Below, in pieces: positions 1-11,770 of a DNA stretch of 64,000 nucleotides (position 1 is the stretch's first letter; the number at the start of each line of letters is the position of its first letter). Both the position numbers and the translations under genes were made by a program. The notes under the pieces were generated by a model. The model saw only the letters and a program-made list of their open reading frames with translations. It searched no databases and was not told where the DNA came from. The stretch is from Penicillus capitatus (lineage: Eukaryota; Plantae; Chlorophyta). Location of the stretch: the NCBI GenBank assembly GCA_965649825.1, contig OZ287704.1:604301-668300 (forward strand), written 5' to 3'.

Positions 1-3000
1 CCGAAGACTCCTGCATCGGGATCAGCGTCGTCTTCTCCTTCCCTCAGTATCTGCTTCAAGTACTCGACGACGAACTTCAGAATGTGATATGCGAAAACGA
101 TAAAAACGACAAGATTCAGCAAGACACAGGCGGCGGTGAGCAATTCTCGGGTGGTGTTATCTGTAAAATCCTCTTCCTTGAGCATGGCTGCGGCCAGTGT
201 TGTCACCAGGGACGCAAACAGGGACACGACTTCGAATCTGTTCAGATCTTCGAATCTCCGACGGTAGGGCGCTGTCGCGATTTGTGCGACGATGGCGAGT
301 ATGATGAAGTGGGCCAGTCCTGTGATCGGCAGCACACTGTCGAAGAGGTGTGCGCAGAACACGAGAAAGGCAATGGACACCTTTCTCGCAACGACAGCCA
401 CCTCCCAGTATCGACGGCGTCCCAATCTGTAGCTTCGATACAGGAATCCCATCGTTTCGTAGACCCAGCCGTTCTTGTCCTTGAGGCACTCGACGGGACT
501 GCTGAGAAAGATACCGAAGAGGATCAGCAATCCGCCGTACACAGGACACGCGTATGCCAGGACGACGAAGTAAAGCAGTTTGAGATGATCGCCTTCGTAG
601 CACTTCAAACTCGTATCCACCGCCCAGTACTTCGTCGTGCTGCTGTCTCCGACAGCTGGAGAATCGTAGACGCTGATGCAGAGGCCGACGCTCAATGCCG
701 TCTTGAGCACTGACACGAAGGTGATGTACCACAGCACCATCAACGACAAGAGCCATCTCTTCTTCATGTAGTATCGCGGTCTGTTTGTTCTCAACTTCGC
801 CGATTTCATCGCCCAGAACGCGATCCAGAAGAGCAGTGTGGCTGCTGGAATGACACAGACATTGACGACGGCGGCTGATATCGTCGGATGCAGGGACGGG
901 TTATCGGAGCTTAGGCACACGACTGAGCGGCGATTTCCGTCAGACGCAAGGCCGCTGACGTACTCTACAACGCGAATGACTGACTCGCGCAGAGTGCTCG
1001 ACTCTTGATCTCACCTGCAGCTTCTGCCACGACGATCAGAGGTATTGCCCATCCCACATCCAGGGAAGAAAGCAGCACAGTCACCTGAACGTAGCTGAGT
1101 GTGATCTGAGGAAACATCGATCATCCGTCAGAGAAGCGTTCGATTGCACATACCTTGAACATTTCGACGGCCTTCCACTTCGTGAGGACCTTCTCGGATA
1201 CCGGGACTCCATCGGCCGCCCGATCCTGCTGCACTCAGTCGATAGAGCGCAGAAGATTCATTGAAACTTGCCTGTTCTTCCAGTAGTGGAGCATCGACCT
1301 GTCCGGCAGACGACGGCATTGCTCGCTGGCGGTGAAGCAATCTTTCTCTTCCGCGCGGAACGCTGAGGGTGCCGCGGATGGTGATGCCGGTCAGACCGAC
1401 CAGAAACAACACCGACAGCAAAATGAAGAAGACACTGAAGAAGCCTTCGAAGCACCTTTTGCACTTCGAGGACAAACCCGTCCCGTAGCCGTGCTCACAA
1501 GATCCACACAGTGGACCAGTGTAACCCTGCAATAAACGAACCGACGATCTCCCGAATCCGAGACCCGAAGACGATTGCTTGCCTTTGCACACTGGGATTG
1601 CGTGTAGTTCTGTATCCAGGCTTCGTCGGAGGGGCAGCTGTCCAACTCCTCAGTAAGCTTCGTCAGTTCGTCTGAACGGCCTTCGAATCTGCAGGCATGC
1701 GACGTCAGACACTTCCGCAGATGCGCCGAGCACGGTGTCTTCTGCCAGTATCCTTCGTCTGGTAGTATAATACGACCCTCGCAGTTGCCATTCATTGGAC
1801 ATGGATGGCAGACGTTCGCCGTGTGAACGAAGTTGTAGGTTGTGCTGCTGCAATCGGCGCAGAGGGAACCAGCGGACACCACTTCGCCGATCGAACAGTT
1901 TCTGACGCTCACGACAATCGATATACTCTCGACCGCCTCATCATCGAACTGTAAGGTCAGATTGTGATCTCCTGCCGGGACGAAGCCTCTGATGCCGCGG
2001 AAAGCTGCAGTTCCATGTTTCATCTCTATGGTAACGGTTCCGATCAGGAAGTCGTCAAGTGAGGACAGGCTGGCTTTCACTGGACGACGCGTTCGTGCAG
2101 GTCCCTGTCTCAGTTCATCCAATAGCTCTACCAATAAGGTAGGCATCTCCTTCCCGCTTCGATGCTCTTCGAACACATACTCTTCTCCACTCTCGGTCTT
2201 CGATTCTTTGGAACCTTTGATTGTCATTTGCGCTATTGCTGGATAGGTCCCGACGTCGGGACCGTAGTTTGTGGCTTGATTGTGCCGCCAAGACCAGCAT
2301 ATGTCGTCGATGGATTTGAGATGGAACAGGGATTGCCACTCTCTCTGTCGGTAGAAGACCAGATCAACATCTCCGGCCGCCGAGCAACGAAATCGGATGG
2401 CGTCTAAGTAACCTGTGTGAATGGCTCCTCCGGCAATCTCAGCACTGTTCCTCGAGAACGTTGTGTTTGTCACGGCAATGAATGGACAGTCGGCGCTCTC
2501 TTTGAGGCATTTCTTTCTCTTTTGGCTGCAATCGTAGAAGAGTCCCCCTGAGGAAAGTTCTCAATGGCCCGGTGTCCACGGATCGGATGCTTACCCCCAA
2601 GAGTGGCTCTGTTCAGCAGTATTCTGCTATGGACCAATTGGAGCGCGAGAACCTGATCGGCGCTGGCTTCAAAGAAGATAGCACCGCCGTTACCATTCGC
2701 TGCAGAGTTCTCTCTGAGCGTGCAATTGACACAGAGAAGCGTCGAGGATGTGCTGCCCATGATGGCACCACCATGCGAGTGCGCATCGCAACGAACAACG
2801 TCAAGGCTTTTTGCCGTGAGATCAGATTCTGTCAGCGCAATTGCTCCCCCCTTCTTCGATCTCCCATGCGTCATTCGTGAATTGCTTATGAGAATCGAAC
2901 TGTTTTGTTCTCCAGAAACGAAACCACCGGAAACCTGCGCTTCGCCTTCCGAGAAGAGTGAACCAGTGTCGTTCACCGTCGAGTCTTCGGCACATACAGA

Positions 3001-5218
3001 GCCTCCCAGATTGGCAGTATTGTTACTTGCTTTCGTGCCTGTCAACTCAAGCATTGAATCTCTTACGTGGATGAAACCACCACGCTTTGCGCTGTTGCTT
3101 GTGGCCTGCGTTTCTGCGAGACGGACTCTTGAACAAAAGGATTCGAGGAAGCCTCCCCTATCCGCGTAATTGCCAATTGCTTTTGTTCCCTTCATGTCGA
3201 GTGTCGAGAACAAAGTCATGACAAGGCCTCCGCTCAACGCAGTGTTGTTGACTGCCTTTGTCCTGGCAAACTCAACTGTGGAGTTCCTGGCCCGGATAAA
3301 TCCTCCCAGTTGAGCAGTATTGTTGATTGCCAAAGCTTGATCCAAAGAGATGGCAGATTCGATTGCATGGACGAAGCCGCCCATCCCGCCGTTCACTATT
3401 TCATATGTCTTGCTTCTTGATTTGGATGGAACCTCCTCTCTCACATCTGGGATGATCGTAAGATAAGGAACTTGGTTGTTAATTGCACGTGTCTTCACAA
3501 ACGAAAGTGTCGATCTGTCGGCAAAGATAAAGCCGCCAGCCACTTTGGCACGATTGTTATATGCCTTCGTCGATGAAAGTTTCAGATTTGAGTTCACTGC
3601 AAATATAAATCCTCCTCGATAAGAAGCACGATTGTTATATGCCTTCGTCAATGAAAGTTTCAGAGTCGAGTTCACTGCAAATATAAATCCTCCATCGCGA
3701 TAAGCTCCGTTTTCTGTGGCTTCTATCGAAGACAGCTTGAGAATTGATCGTTTTGCATGAATGCAAGGACCGTTGTCTGCACCGTTCCCATGGAAGGTAG
3801 AATGGGACAAAGTGACAGTCGAGTTTGTTGTTTGGATGACGGATTCAGAATCTTGAGGATGGTTCTTCATGAAGCGGATATTATCCATTTCGGCAGATGA
3901 TTCGATAAATACCAGGCAAGGAAGTCCGTTCTCATTGAACGACGAATTCGACATGGAGATGAATGCATCTTCAATTCGAAAGATATAACATTCGTTTCCA
4001 GCTGCTGTTAGTCTTTTGACCTTCGTATGGGATCCAGGGGCACCGAAAACAGGGCTGTAGATTGTCCCGGTCTGCCAAAGGTCATTTTGGTGACTGTGCA
4101 ATTCTCCAGTCGGTTCTTTGTTGAGAGAATGGCTCCACATGCACTACTTGGGCATACCGTGTTATGGAAATCGACGTTAAATAACTCCGACTCGGAGCAA
4201 GATGGAGAAGCCATTTGAATACCTCTCACATCCGTGCCATTTTGGAAGACGACATGGTGCAGACGCACCTGGCCAGTTATGTCTCCAGCACCACACGCTC
4301 CAACCTCGATTATTGAGTCCCGGAGCTGACATTGTTCGAATATCAGATTAGCAAACGTTACACTCTTTGTCCTGCAGGAATAGATGAAGGTGGTGAGTTT
4401 TCAGAGAATTCTTACTTCACGAGGAATATGCTGGTTCTGGAGTGCTGTGGGCATGTAAATCTCGTCTTCGTTTTCGAACGAGGAACCATTTCTCCGAAAC
4501 GGATAGGTACGTCGACGTGTGCACTCAGGGTTAGTTCCCAAGGAATGGTGACTGTCGATCTTGACTCGATGATGCAGCTTACATTGAACAGGATGATGTC
4601 GCCTCGCTGAGTGCAGTCGATCAAAGATTGCAAATCGTGATCAATACCGCTAAGGAAGGTTTCATCCACAAACCACGTTCTGCTCTCCTCTTCCAAGTAT
4701 CTGTCGATGGCATCTTCTGTTAAGTAACACTGAATAGCAAAAGGACCAGAACCCAAGAAGCCTGTCTGTCTGTATTGAAGAGAAGTTAAAACAATTCGTG
4801 CCTATGGGATATTTACTCATAAGAAGGAATGTCTGACAGCAGTGAAAATCTCCCCTACAACAACAAAGAAATGAAACTGCCACACTCTTTGGCCCAGACA
4901 GATTAACCGTTGGCTCTGAGTGTCCATATTCGGCATACTGGACTGAGATCCCGGTGGGTCGAAAACAGGTCTGTACGTCGAATATGACAAGGCGTGGAAG
5001 CTGACCTGTTTAATAACAAAACATGAAGGAAAGAAACCAAGGCAGTGGCAGAATACGAGCAATAGTCGACGAACCCGTTAGACCAAAATGACCTCGAAGA
5101 ACCAAGCTCGAACAGTCTGGGTAGCGCGCCAACGCCTCCAGACACATGCATAGCAGCAGAAGAAGCCTTCGCAGCGTTAAGCAACCAACATTTTTTGCAT
5201 TCGTTTGCGAAACATCAT
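1..5218 (-). CDS. Pmp-like right-handed beta-helix + Cys-rich + multi-pass TM receptor-like protein, copy A (multi-exon; 3' end runs ~100 nt off the left edge; start codon uncertain)
   Basis: Exons in ORFs 4662-4883, 4412-4756, 4008-4268, 2470-4140, 1391-2473, 1128-1592 plus the TM region 1-950. Repeated GG(A/F)I and xxNxA motifs. Cys-rich block CADCSSTTY..CHPCP..C.G..LPDEGYW..C..GYTGPLCGSC. TM part has YWEV..RK and P.....LN..E motifs typical of TRP-like (PF06011-type) domains. GT-AG and GC-AG introns join the frames. Confidence 0.8.
3551..3706. repeat. 78-bp tandem duplication (2 copies) encoding one extra 26-aa beta-helix rung
   Basis: CGATTGTTATATGCCTTCGTC starts at 3551 and again at 3629. 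The protein shows GGFIFAVNSxLKLSxTKAYNNRA twice, whereas copy B has it once. Confidence 0.9.
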
Positions 5219-5562
5219 CTCAAATAAGGCCGCGGGATGCGAAAACGTAATCACTTGATCGGTTTTCGTGACAAGATGGAGCGACAAGACCCAACACGCA
5301 CTGTCTTACTACCACTGAATCCTCCCCTTGTCTTCATCTTTTTGTCCTCCTTGCGTTAGAGAGCATTTCTCTCTGTCGCTGTTCCAAACGTCCTCTTCTC
5401 GAATAATCGGCTCATGACAACAGCAACGTCGTCAACGAGTTCTGCAAGTGGTCCCCGACAGGAAGGCAATGATGAGGTGGAGCATTTTTTCAGGTGAATA
5501 GCAGGTGAACAAACTCTTCTTTCACGAACATTGTGTCTTCGAAAGCCATCTGCGTCTGGAAT

Positions 5563-7493
5563 TCAGATTGCCGCTCCATGTACAGCATGTGACGAAAACC
5601 CAAGAAATGCGACAACGCATCTCTCTTCGATCTGAAGTAGAGACGACGATGGCCGATTCTTAGTCATTCTTGTCTTCGCGTCGCGTCTTTGCGTTTCGTT
5701 TCCGCTGTGCGCGCTAGTCCGACTTTCCACGGCCTGCGGACGACACCTTCTTGCTAGCTTCGCCGTTTGACTTATTCTCCACAGCAGAACAGTCGTGTGC
5801 ATATGACCTGATCACTTCTGCCTGAACACGGATGCAGCAGTTCTCCGCGATCTCCTTGGGATCCTTGTGCGCCGACGAGAGAATCTGCTTCCTGTCCACC
5901 AGATACTGATCCTGAGACTTCGCTGTTGCTTCGCGCTGATCCAGATCTTGGCTACGCCTGCAGATGCATTCAAACTGTTCGATCACAGCTTGAGGCAATG
6001 GACAAGAAGTACTGTGTGGATTCCTGCATCAGGATGTCGTGTGTCCCATCAAGCTCCGCTTTTCTGCTTGGGCGCGCGAGGTGACAGGAAAGTGGTGCGA
6101 GAGAGAGACTACTTGTTGTCCGGTGCTGTCTGTTTTCCTTGGCTGCACGCTCTCTTGTTTTGCATCCCTGTCGACTAATAGAGCTTGTGCGTTGCCATCT
6201 GGAGCTTTGTCCGTTCCGAAAAAGCATCTTCATTGACGATCATATCTTCCGCCAGCTCTAGGAAGAAGTTATGCCTGCATTCCAGTTTGCGCACTTCCAT
6301 TGCCGACAGCTCTCCGTGTGAAGAATCCCCACGCGAGTAAATCGATCTGTTCTTCACGCTGAGTGAGAGACATCCCTGCACACATGACCCTCAATCGAAT
6401 CCTCCAGATAACGAGATCAGATTGATTGTGTCTCATCAAGCCTCCTCTTCTGTACATCCAAGAAAATTAGACGTCGCCGGATGCAGTCGTTGCGTGTCTT
6501 TACTTTATCTCGACAAGCATTGGCGAATCCTGCCTTCTTGCTTTCAAACTCCTCTTGCTCTTCTTTGAGTTCCTTTTCTCCATAGACAGACATAGCAGAG
6601 ATTCTCTGGATACGTGATCGAATTCCAACTGACTCTCAACTAAGATCTAGATTCTTTTGGGCGAGAGCCTCCCCGGTAAAGTTCACCGCGGCCTCTATAT
6701 CCAGCAACCCTTGATTCCGGACTTCAAGCTCATTCTTGAAGCGGAGAACACGTAGTCAATCGCGTCTGTGAACTCCGATTGCTTTTTTAGCCTGTTAACA
6801 TGTGCTCGGGGTTCTTCGTGCATGATATTCTTATAGATGGTGTAAGTGTCATCGAACGCTTCAGTGCGTGATGAGTGCTTACTGCGGTGCGCGGAACAAT
6901 GCTCGCTCCTAAATCGTTTATTTCCAGAAACACGATATCTGCTGCGAGGAACGAACACACAGCCGAGTGTTCATCCATTCGTGCGCGGTGTCGAAGTGAC
7001 GGGACGTTTGCCTCAGTCATGTCTCTTGTCGCGGTAACCTCAATGTGGGGACATGAGATCTCGTCTCCGTCTCAGAATGCTGAAACCCTCCAAAGCGAGC
7101 ATTCAGACGCCGTGCTCTTCGTTCCAAAAGTTCTGCATTTAACTGATGAAGATCCTGTGCAAAGAAAAATTGAGTTGTGATCAGATTTAAGAGTGTGCGA
7201 TATCTTCAATGATCAACGCTGTCTTCTTCTACTTTTTGTAAAGCTGCAGAATCTTATCTGTGCGGTCTGCGAACTGACAGCGGCGTTTTCTGAACGAAGA
7301 GGACTGTGAAGAAATTGTACATTTCTACACGGGTTTCCGTGTTCCACATGGCGAGTTTATGTTCACCACGACACGACTGACGTTTTGTGACCTTTGCAGT
7401 TTCACCTGTACTAGTCGTCGGGACAAGATTCGGAAAATAATCTATTCCCCTCTTCTTGCAGACTGCTCTGCCGATTCCCGTTTCTTTTTCCAT
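5563..7493 (-). CDS. Hypothetical multi-exon helical protein, copy A (boundaries approximate)
   Basis: Clean exon 7039-7154 (TTTCTTTGCACAG acceptor, GTTACC donor) reads DLHQLNAELLERRARRLNARFGG. Three of four A/B substitutions checked in this frame are synonymous. Further minus-strand frames at 7254-7493, 6695-6958, 6175-6381, 5970-6233 and 5714-5998. Confidence 0.55.
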
Positions 7494-7692
7494 ATCAAAT
7501 AGTAAACCGTACTTAAGGAGGACTACTTTCTTTGTCTCCTATTGTGACGTCGAACGGAAAGTGATACGTTTCTAGGATGACACGATTGGCACTCGGAGAC
7601 GTCTCGCGTGTCCTTTGAGTCAGTCAGTACGGTCGACGCGATCCAACACAGGTGAGGAAGCAGAATGCGTGAATGAAATTAATGCTGATCGT

Positions 7693-10367
7693 TTAATCTG
7701 GCCCCAGTTTGTCCAGAAGAGTGACCTTGATGATGAGGCTTAACCAACCGTTCTTCACAAAACCGAGTTTTTCGTCCTCCACTTCGAGACAACTCAGCGA
7801 CCAATTGAGATGTTGACCGCGCTCTGGAGAAATCACCAGCTCCTCTACATGAGATCTGTCAGTGGACCGAGGTAGCCGGTGGCGTATTACCTTGAACACT
7901 TTCGTCGTTTGGTTGTGTGTGCCTGACAACGCGGAGTTCGACAAGGATACGTATCCTCTCTTTTGACCAGTTGCCAACGGTCAGTTTCGTACTCTTCGTT
8001 TTCGAATCGGTATCGGGAGACCGAAGTTCCAACGCTCTGCTCAATGCAAACAGCTCAAGAGCTAAAAGTCGAAGAGATAAGGGCGAGTAGGTAATGCTTA
8101 CATGGGGATGTCATTGATCCAGAATTTCTCTGGAATCATGCAACCTGGGTTCAACTGTGCGTATCTCACTCTCCACTAGAACACAACTTCAGTCCCTGGA
8201 AGAGATGAGGAGGCCAATCATGCTGTGCAATTGGCAGTCTTTCCGTCAATGGCATAACAAAAGTTTTCGTTGTCTTCAAGACGAAGCCTCAGATTCAAGC
8301 GGACAAGGAAGAAATCGTGTTTCAGGAACCCAGAGGACGAGTCCATGAGGTCCTTGACGGTGGTGCACAAAGTAGACTTCCCGATGAAGCTTTCAGGGTG
8401 TATAATGAAACGGTAATCTTTAGCAGTCAAATCGGCACGTCAATGCTCGAAGAATGTGCAAAAACGATTGCTTACTGCAGGTCTTGTTCTTTGTTGCGTC
8501 TTTGAAGTTAACGACCTTCGTTGTGGAATGAACCCAAGCCTCCGGCCCCTGCGTAGCACCAATAGAGAGTCCGATGTCTGCATTTTCTTCTCTCTTGATG
8601 TCGAACTCCCTGGTTGGCAGCATGACAGTGTGGGATGTGACATGACAGAATCGCCTACCATGTGCGGTCGTTCATCACAAAAGACTTAGAGAACAGTCCC
8701 TTCGGATTCTCCAACAGAGACCGGTGCACACAGCACTGGGAAAGACTACCAGTTTGCGATGAGAAGGGAAGCAGGCTGAATTACCTCGTAGTAGGCGTAC
8801 CACTTAGACTTGGCGAGCAGATAGGCATGCTCAACGCCGTTATCGACACCAGTACCCTCTGCATTTCAAGCACATCTCAGAAAGAGCGGAGCAGAAAGCA
8901 GACATCGACCTTCGATCTCTACGCTCATCCTGTTGTCGATCTCCAGAGAGCTTCCTTCTTTCTCTTCCACCTCTCTTCTTTGGCGAAGTATCTCCAGCGC
9001 GAACTGTCTGCAGCTCATGAAAGAGATCCTTGCGCACAGCGTGATCCAACCATCTTGCACGAAGCCACTTGTCTTGTCTTCAAGCTCGCTTTTCTTTGCG
9101 AGGTGGATCCAGTTTGTCTGGGATCCCGGGCCCCGCAAATAGAGCATCTCTGCGAGCAAAACAGGACTCATCAGAGCGAGAGAGAGGCAGAAAATGGTAT
9201 CACCAAGAGAAGAGCTGGCTCCAGTGACTTCGCGGTTCAGGATAGAGCACAACAAGCGTCCGTAGAGGGGACTGCCTCCCGTGTGTTGCATCGACAGATC
9301 CAGGTCTGTCGAATGAGAATTCGATCCATGCGGTCGGATTTCTAGGCTCCTGTGTGACCAACCGTCAAACAAGAGTAACAATTGCGAGTAACGAGTATCA
9401 TACAGTGTGCAGCCGCCTGTGTCAAAGTCGTCTGTCGTTAGAGTAAATGGGCTCATCTGTTTGAGGTGTCTCAGCTTCCACTGACGTACACATAACCTGT
9501 TCCGAAAAGAGAGGAAACAAGAGAAGAGGCAACCTCGCACACAGCGTCCCCTCCCTGGAAGGAGAGCTTCCAAAGCTCGCTCTCCTGACATCGGATTCTC
9601 AGTTCCAGGCGCAGCGTGAAGTAGTCGCCGTTAAGGAAACGTGTGCATCGATTCTTGACGTCATCGATCCTCGCCATGTCACGAATTCCGTGCCGACAAT
9701 CGAACGGACGGAAGACACAAGAGACATCTAGACAAGGAATAGATACAGTTCAGGAACTTGGAGACGTCAGTAAATCCTCTTTTGGCAACTTTCGCCGACG
9801 TTTCGCTTCTCGTCCTCCCAGTTGACGAGAGTCAGAGAGAAGTAAGCCTTGACCAGTTTTCCATTCCGAGAACAGAGACAAGCTCTGAGGTTCCCTGTCG
9901 TCAAGTTCTCGACTTCGATGCACCTTCATCACAGAAGACGAACACGAGTACTCTGAGATGTCCACCGTGTCCTCCCTTACCAATGATGACCATTGACTTC
10001 GAAGTTACACGAAAACATTCTCGTGTTCTTCTTCTCCAAAAAAGAGTGATGCACACGCCACTAGCAGAATGCATCACGTAACGATTTCAACGAGTCTGGC
10101 GACCTTACTTCGTAAGTCGCGTACCACGCATGCTTCTTCAACGTATAAGCGTGAGGGATGCCTTTCGTAACTTGGTTTCCCTCTGAGGGCGACTTCAGTT
10201 CACGCGCCGTGCAAACGTGGCACACCTTCAGCGTGTATCGTCGTTCCATCCGATAGTTTTTTAATGTTATGCGCTCCGAGGTTAGCGTCGCATTTATAGC
10301 CGCACGGCTGAACGCTGAGCCCGTCGTTGACGCACGGCAACGGCCATTCTTGTTTGTCTCGCTCCAT
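7693..10367 (-). CDS. Tandem MATH/TRAF-domain protein (4 MATH-like domains), copy A, multi-exon
   Basis: Four MATH-type C-terminal strands: RIDDVKNRCTRFLNGDYFTLRLEL, SELEDKTSGFVQDGWITLCARI, VKDLMDSSSGFLKHDFFLVRL and LEVEDEKLGFVKNGWLSLIIKV. N-terminal WKLRHLKQMSPFTLTTDDFDTGGC/SLEIRPHG matches the MATH pattern W.I..F...S..F..GG..W.L.I.P.G. Introns 43-55 nt. Confidence 0.75.
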
Positions 10368-11770
10368 TCTGCTAAATAATAAACAGTGTGGCGGCGTTCT
10401 CAGATGACACGGAAAAAGGAAGTCGAAAGAAAGCTTAATACAGCGCGACTCTTTGACTTCCCCTTTTATGGAGCTGGAGTGGGCATCCATTTATCACGTC
10501 TGTGTCTCTTGAGCTGTAATCCGACACGGAAAAATGGCGACACGTAGAGTCTAATGGCAGCTGTGCGCAATGCGCGGTCTTCTAGATGTGTCTCACTGCG
10601 CAACGAAGGCGCGAGATTAGGACGTGGCAGTTGGCCTTGAGCAAATCTTGACGAACGACAGTAAAATTAGCGCTATCCGTGTCTATAGCATTGAAGAGAT
10701 CGGCCTTCACGTCGGAACCGCTTTTTCTGGATCACGGCAGCCGTCGACTGTTCTTTAAAACAGAGATCCATCTGCATTCTGCGCCTTTGATCAGAGCTGA
10801 GAGAATAGGAGATGTACTTTTCAGCTATGTTGGTTCGCTGAATGCATGCGGAGTCTTGTGTTTCCTGCATGCTTTGGGTGAGAGGTATGGCATTCACTGC
10901 GTTGGACAGACCACGATTGACTCTACAGATGGTGTCCGACAATTGCTCACCTCTTCCATCTTGCAGATGAAGCATTTGAAGATTGAACTGTTACAAATCA
11001 TTAGAAGAGGTTCTATGACATATCAGATGACATGCACATTCAACAATGAGTTACTGCTTTCTTCCACGAATAATTTCGAAGCGAAGCAGAGCCGAGCTTT
11101 TATGTGCCGAATAGTTCATGCAGAGATTCCGTGGTGTTGCCTGCGACTCGTGAGGGGAGGCAGAACATCCGATCGACAAGACAGCTCGAACTCTGCCGCT
11201 GCCGGGACCGCTGTTTTAATGATCCTTTGTGCGGGATTCTCTGACTTCGACAGATAGACCATGCCATGCAGTGGGGTGAAATGGGGCTGGGAAGGTTTGC
11301 CTAGTCATCTGTAGAAGTGGGTTTGAATCCAGAACCGCAGAACGAAGACTCGACTAACCAAACGACTGCGTCACCACATAATGCAGAAAAACGCAATATC
11401 CCTTAGCGACATAAAGACAAGCGTACATCAAGACTCGAAACAATCATTGCGCGGTACATGAGCATCCAAACAATCGTCATCAGGGCCACAATGGATCGGC
11501 TCTGTTTTGGTAGACAGCAATGTAAATCGAGAGGAAGAGAATAACCCGTGTGCACTTTGCCTCGTCGAGATCAGAGTACTGAAAGCCAAGACGAAATATG
11601 ACACAACCGAAAAGCTGCAGCTGATCATTTGTGCAACTTACTTATCGCATCAGTCCACGCACTGATCATCTCTGCCATTTATGCAAGAACTGCATAGAAG
11701 GCTGAAGGTTAGCTTATCACAAAAGGCTATGACTGCAGTTTTCTACTACACTGTGAGGTAAGCCATACGC

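Larger units (their letters stand above)
1..11630. repeat. Segmental duplication arm A, inverted relative to arm B (28530-39991)
   Basis: Position 1 is the reverse complement of 39991, and coordinate sums stay near 40000-40150 along the arm. Near-identical from 1 to ~7700 except in the beta-helix region, and clearly more diverged from ~7700 to 11630. Confidence 0.95.

Noticed and set aside
2470-4140. Bacterial contamination or a recent Chlamydia Pmp transfer
   Set aside because: The gene has spliceosomal introns and a eukaryotic TM domain, and it is embedded among algal genes.
6842-7040. Plus-strand gene suggested by GTAAGT donors and two synonymous changes
   Set aside because: The minus strand gives a cleaner acceptor, exon and donor set and more synonymous changes. 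Not fully excluded.
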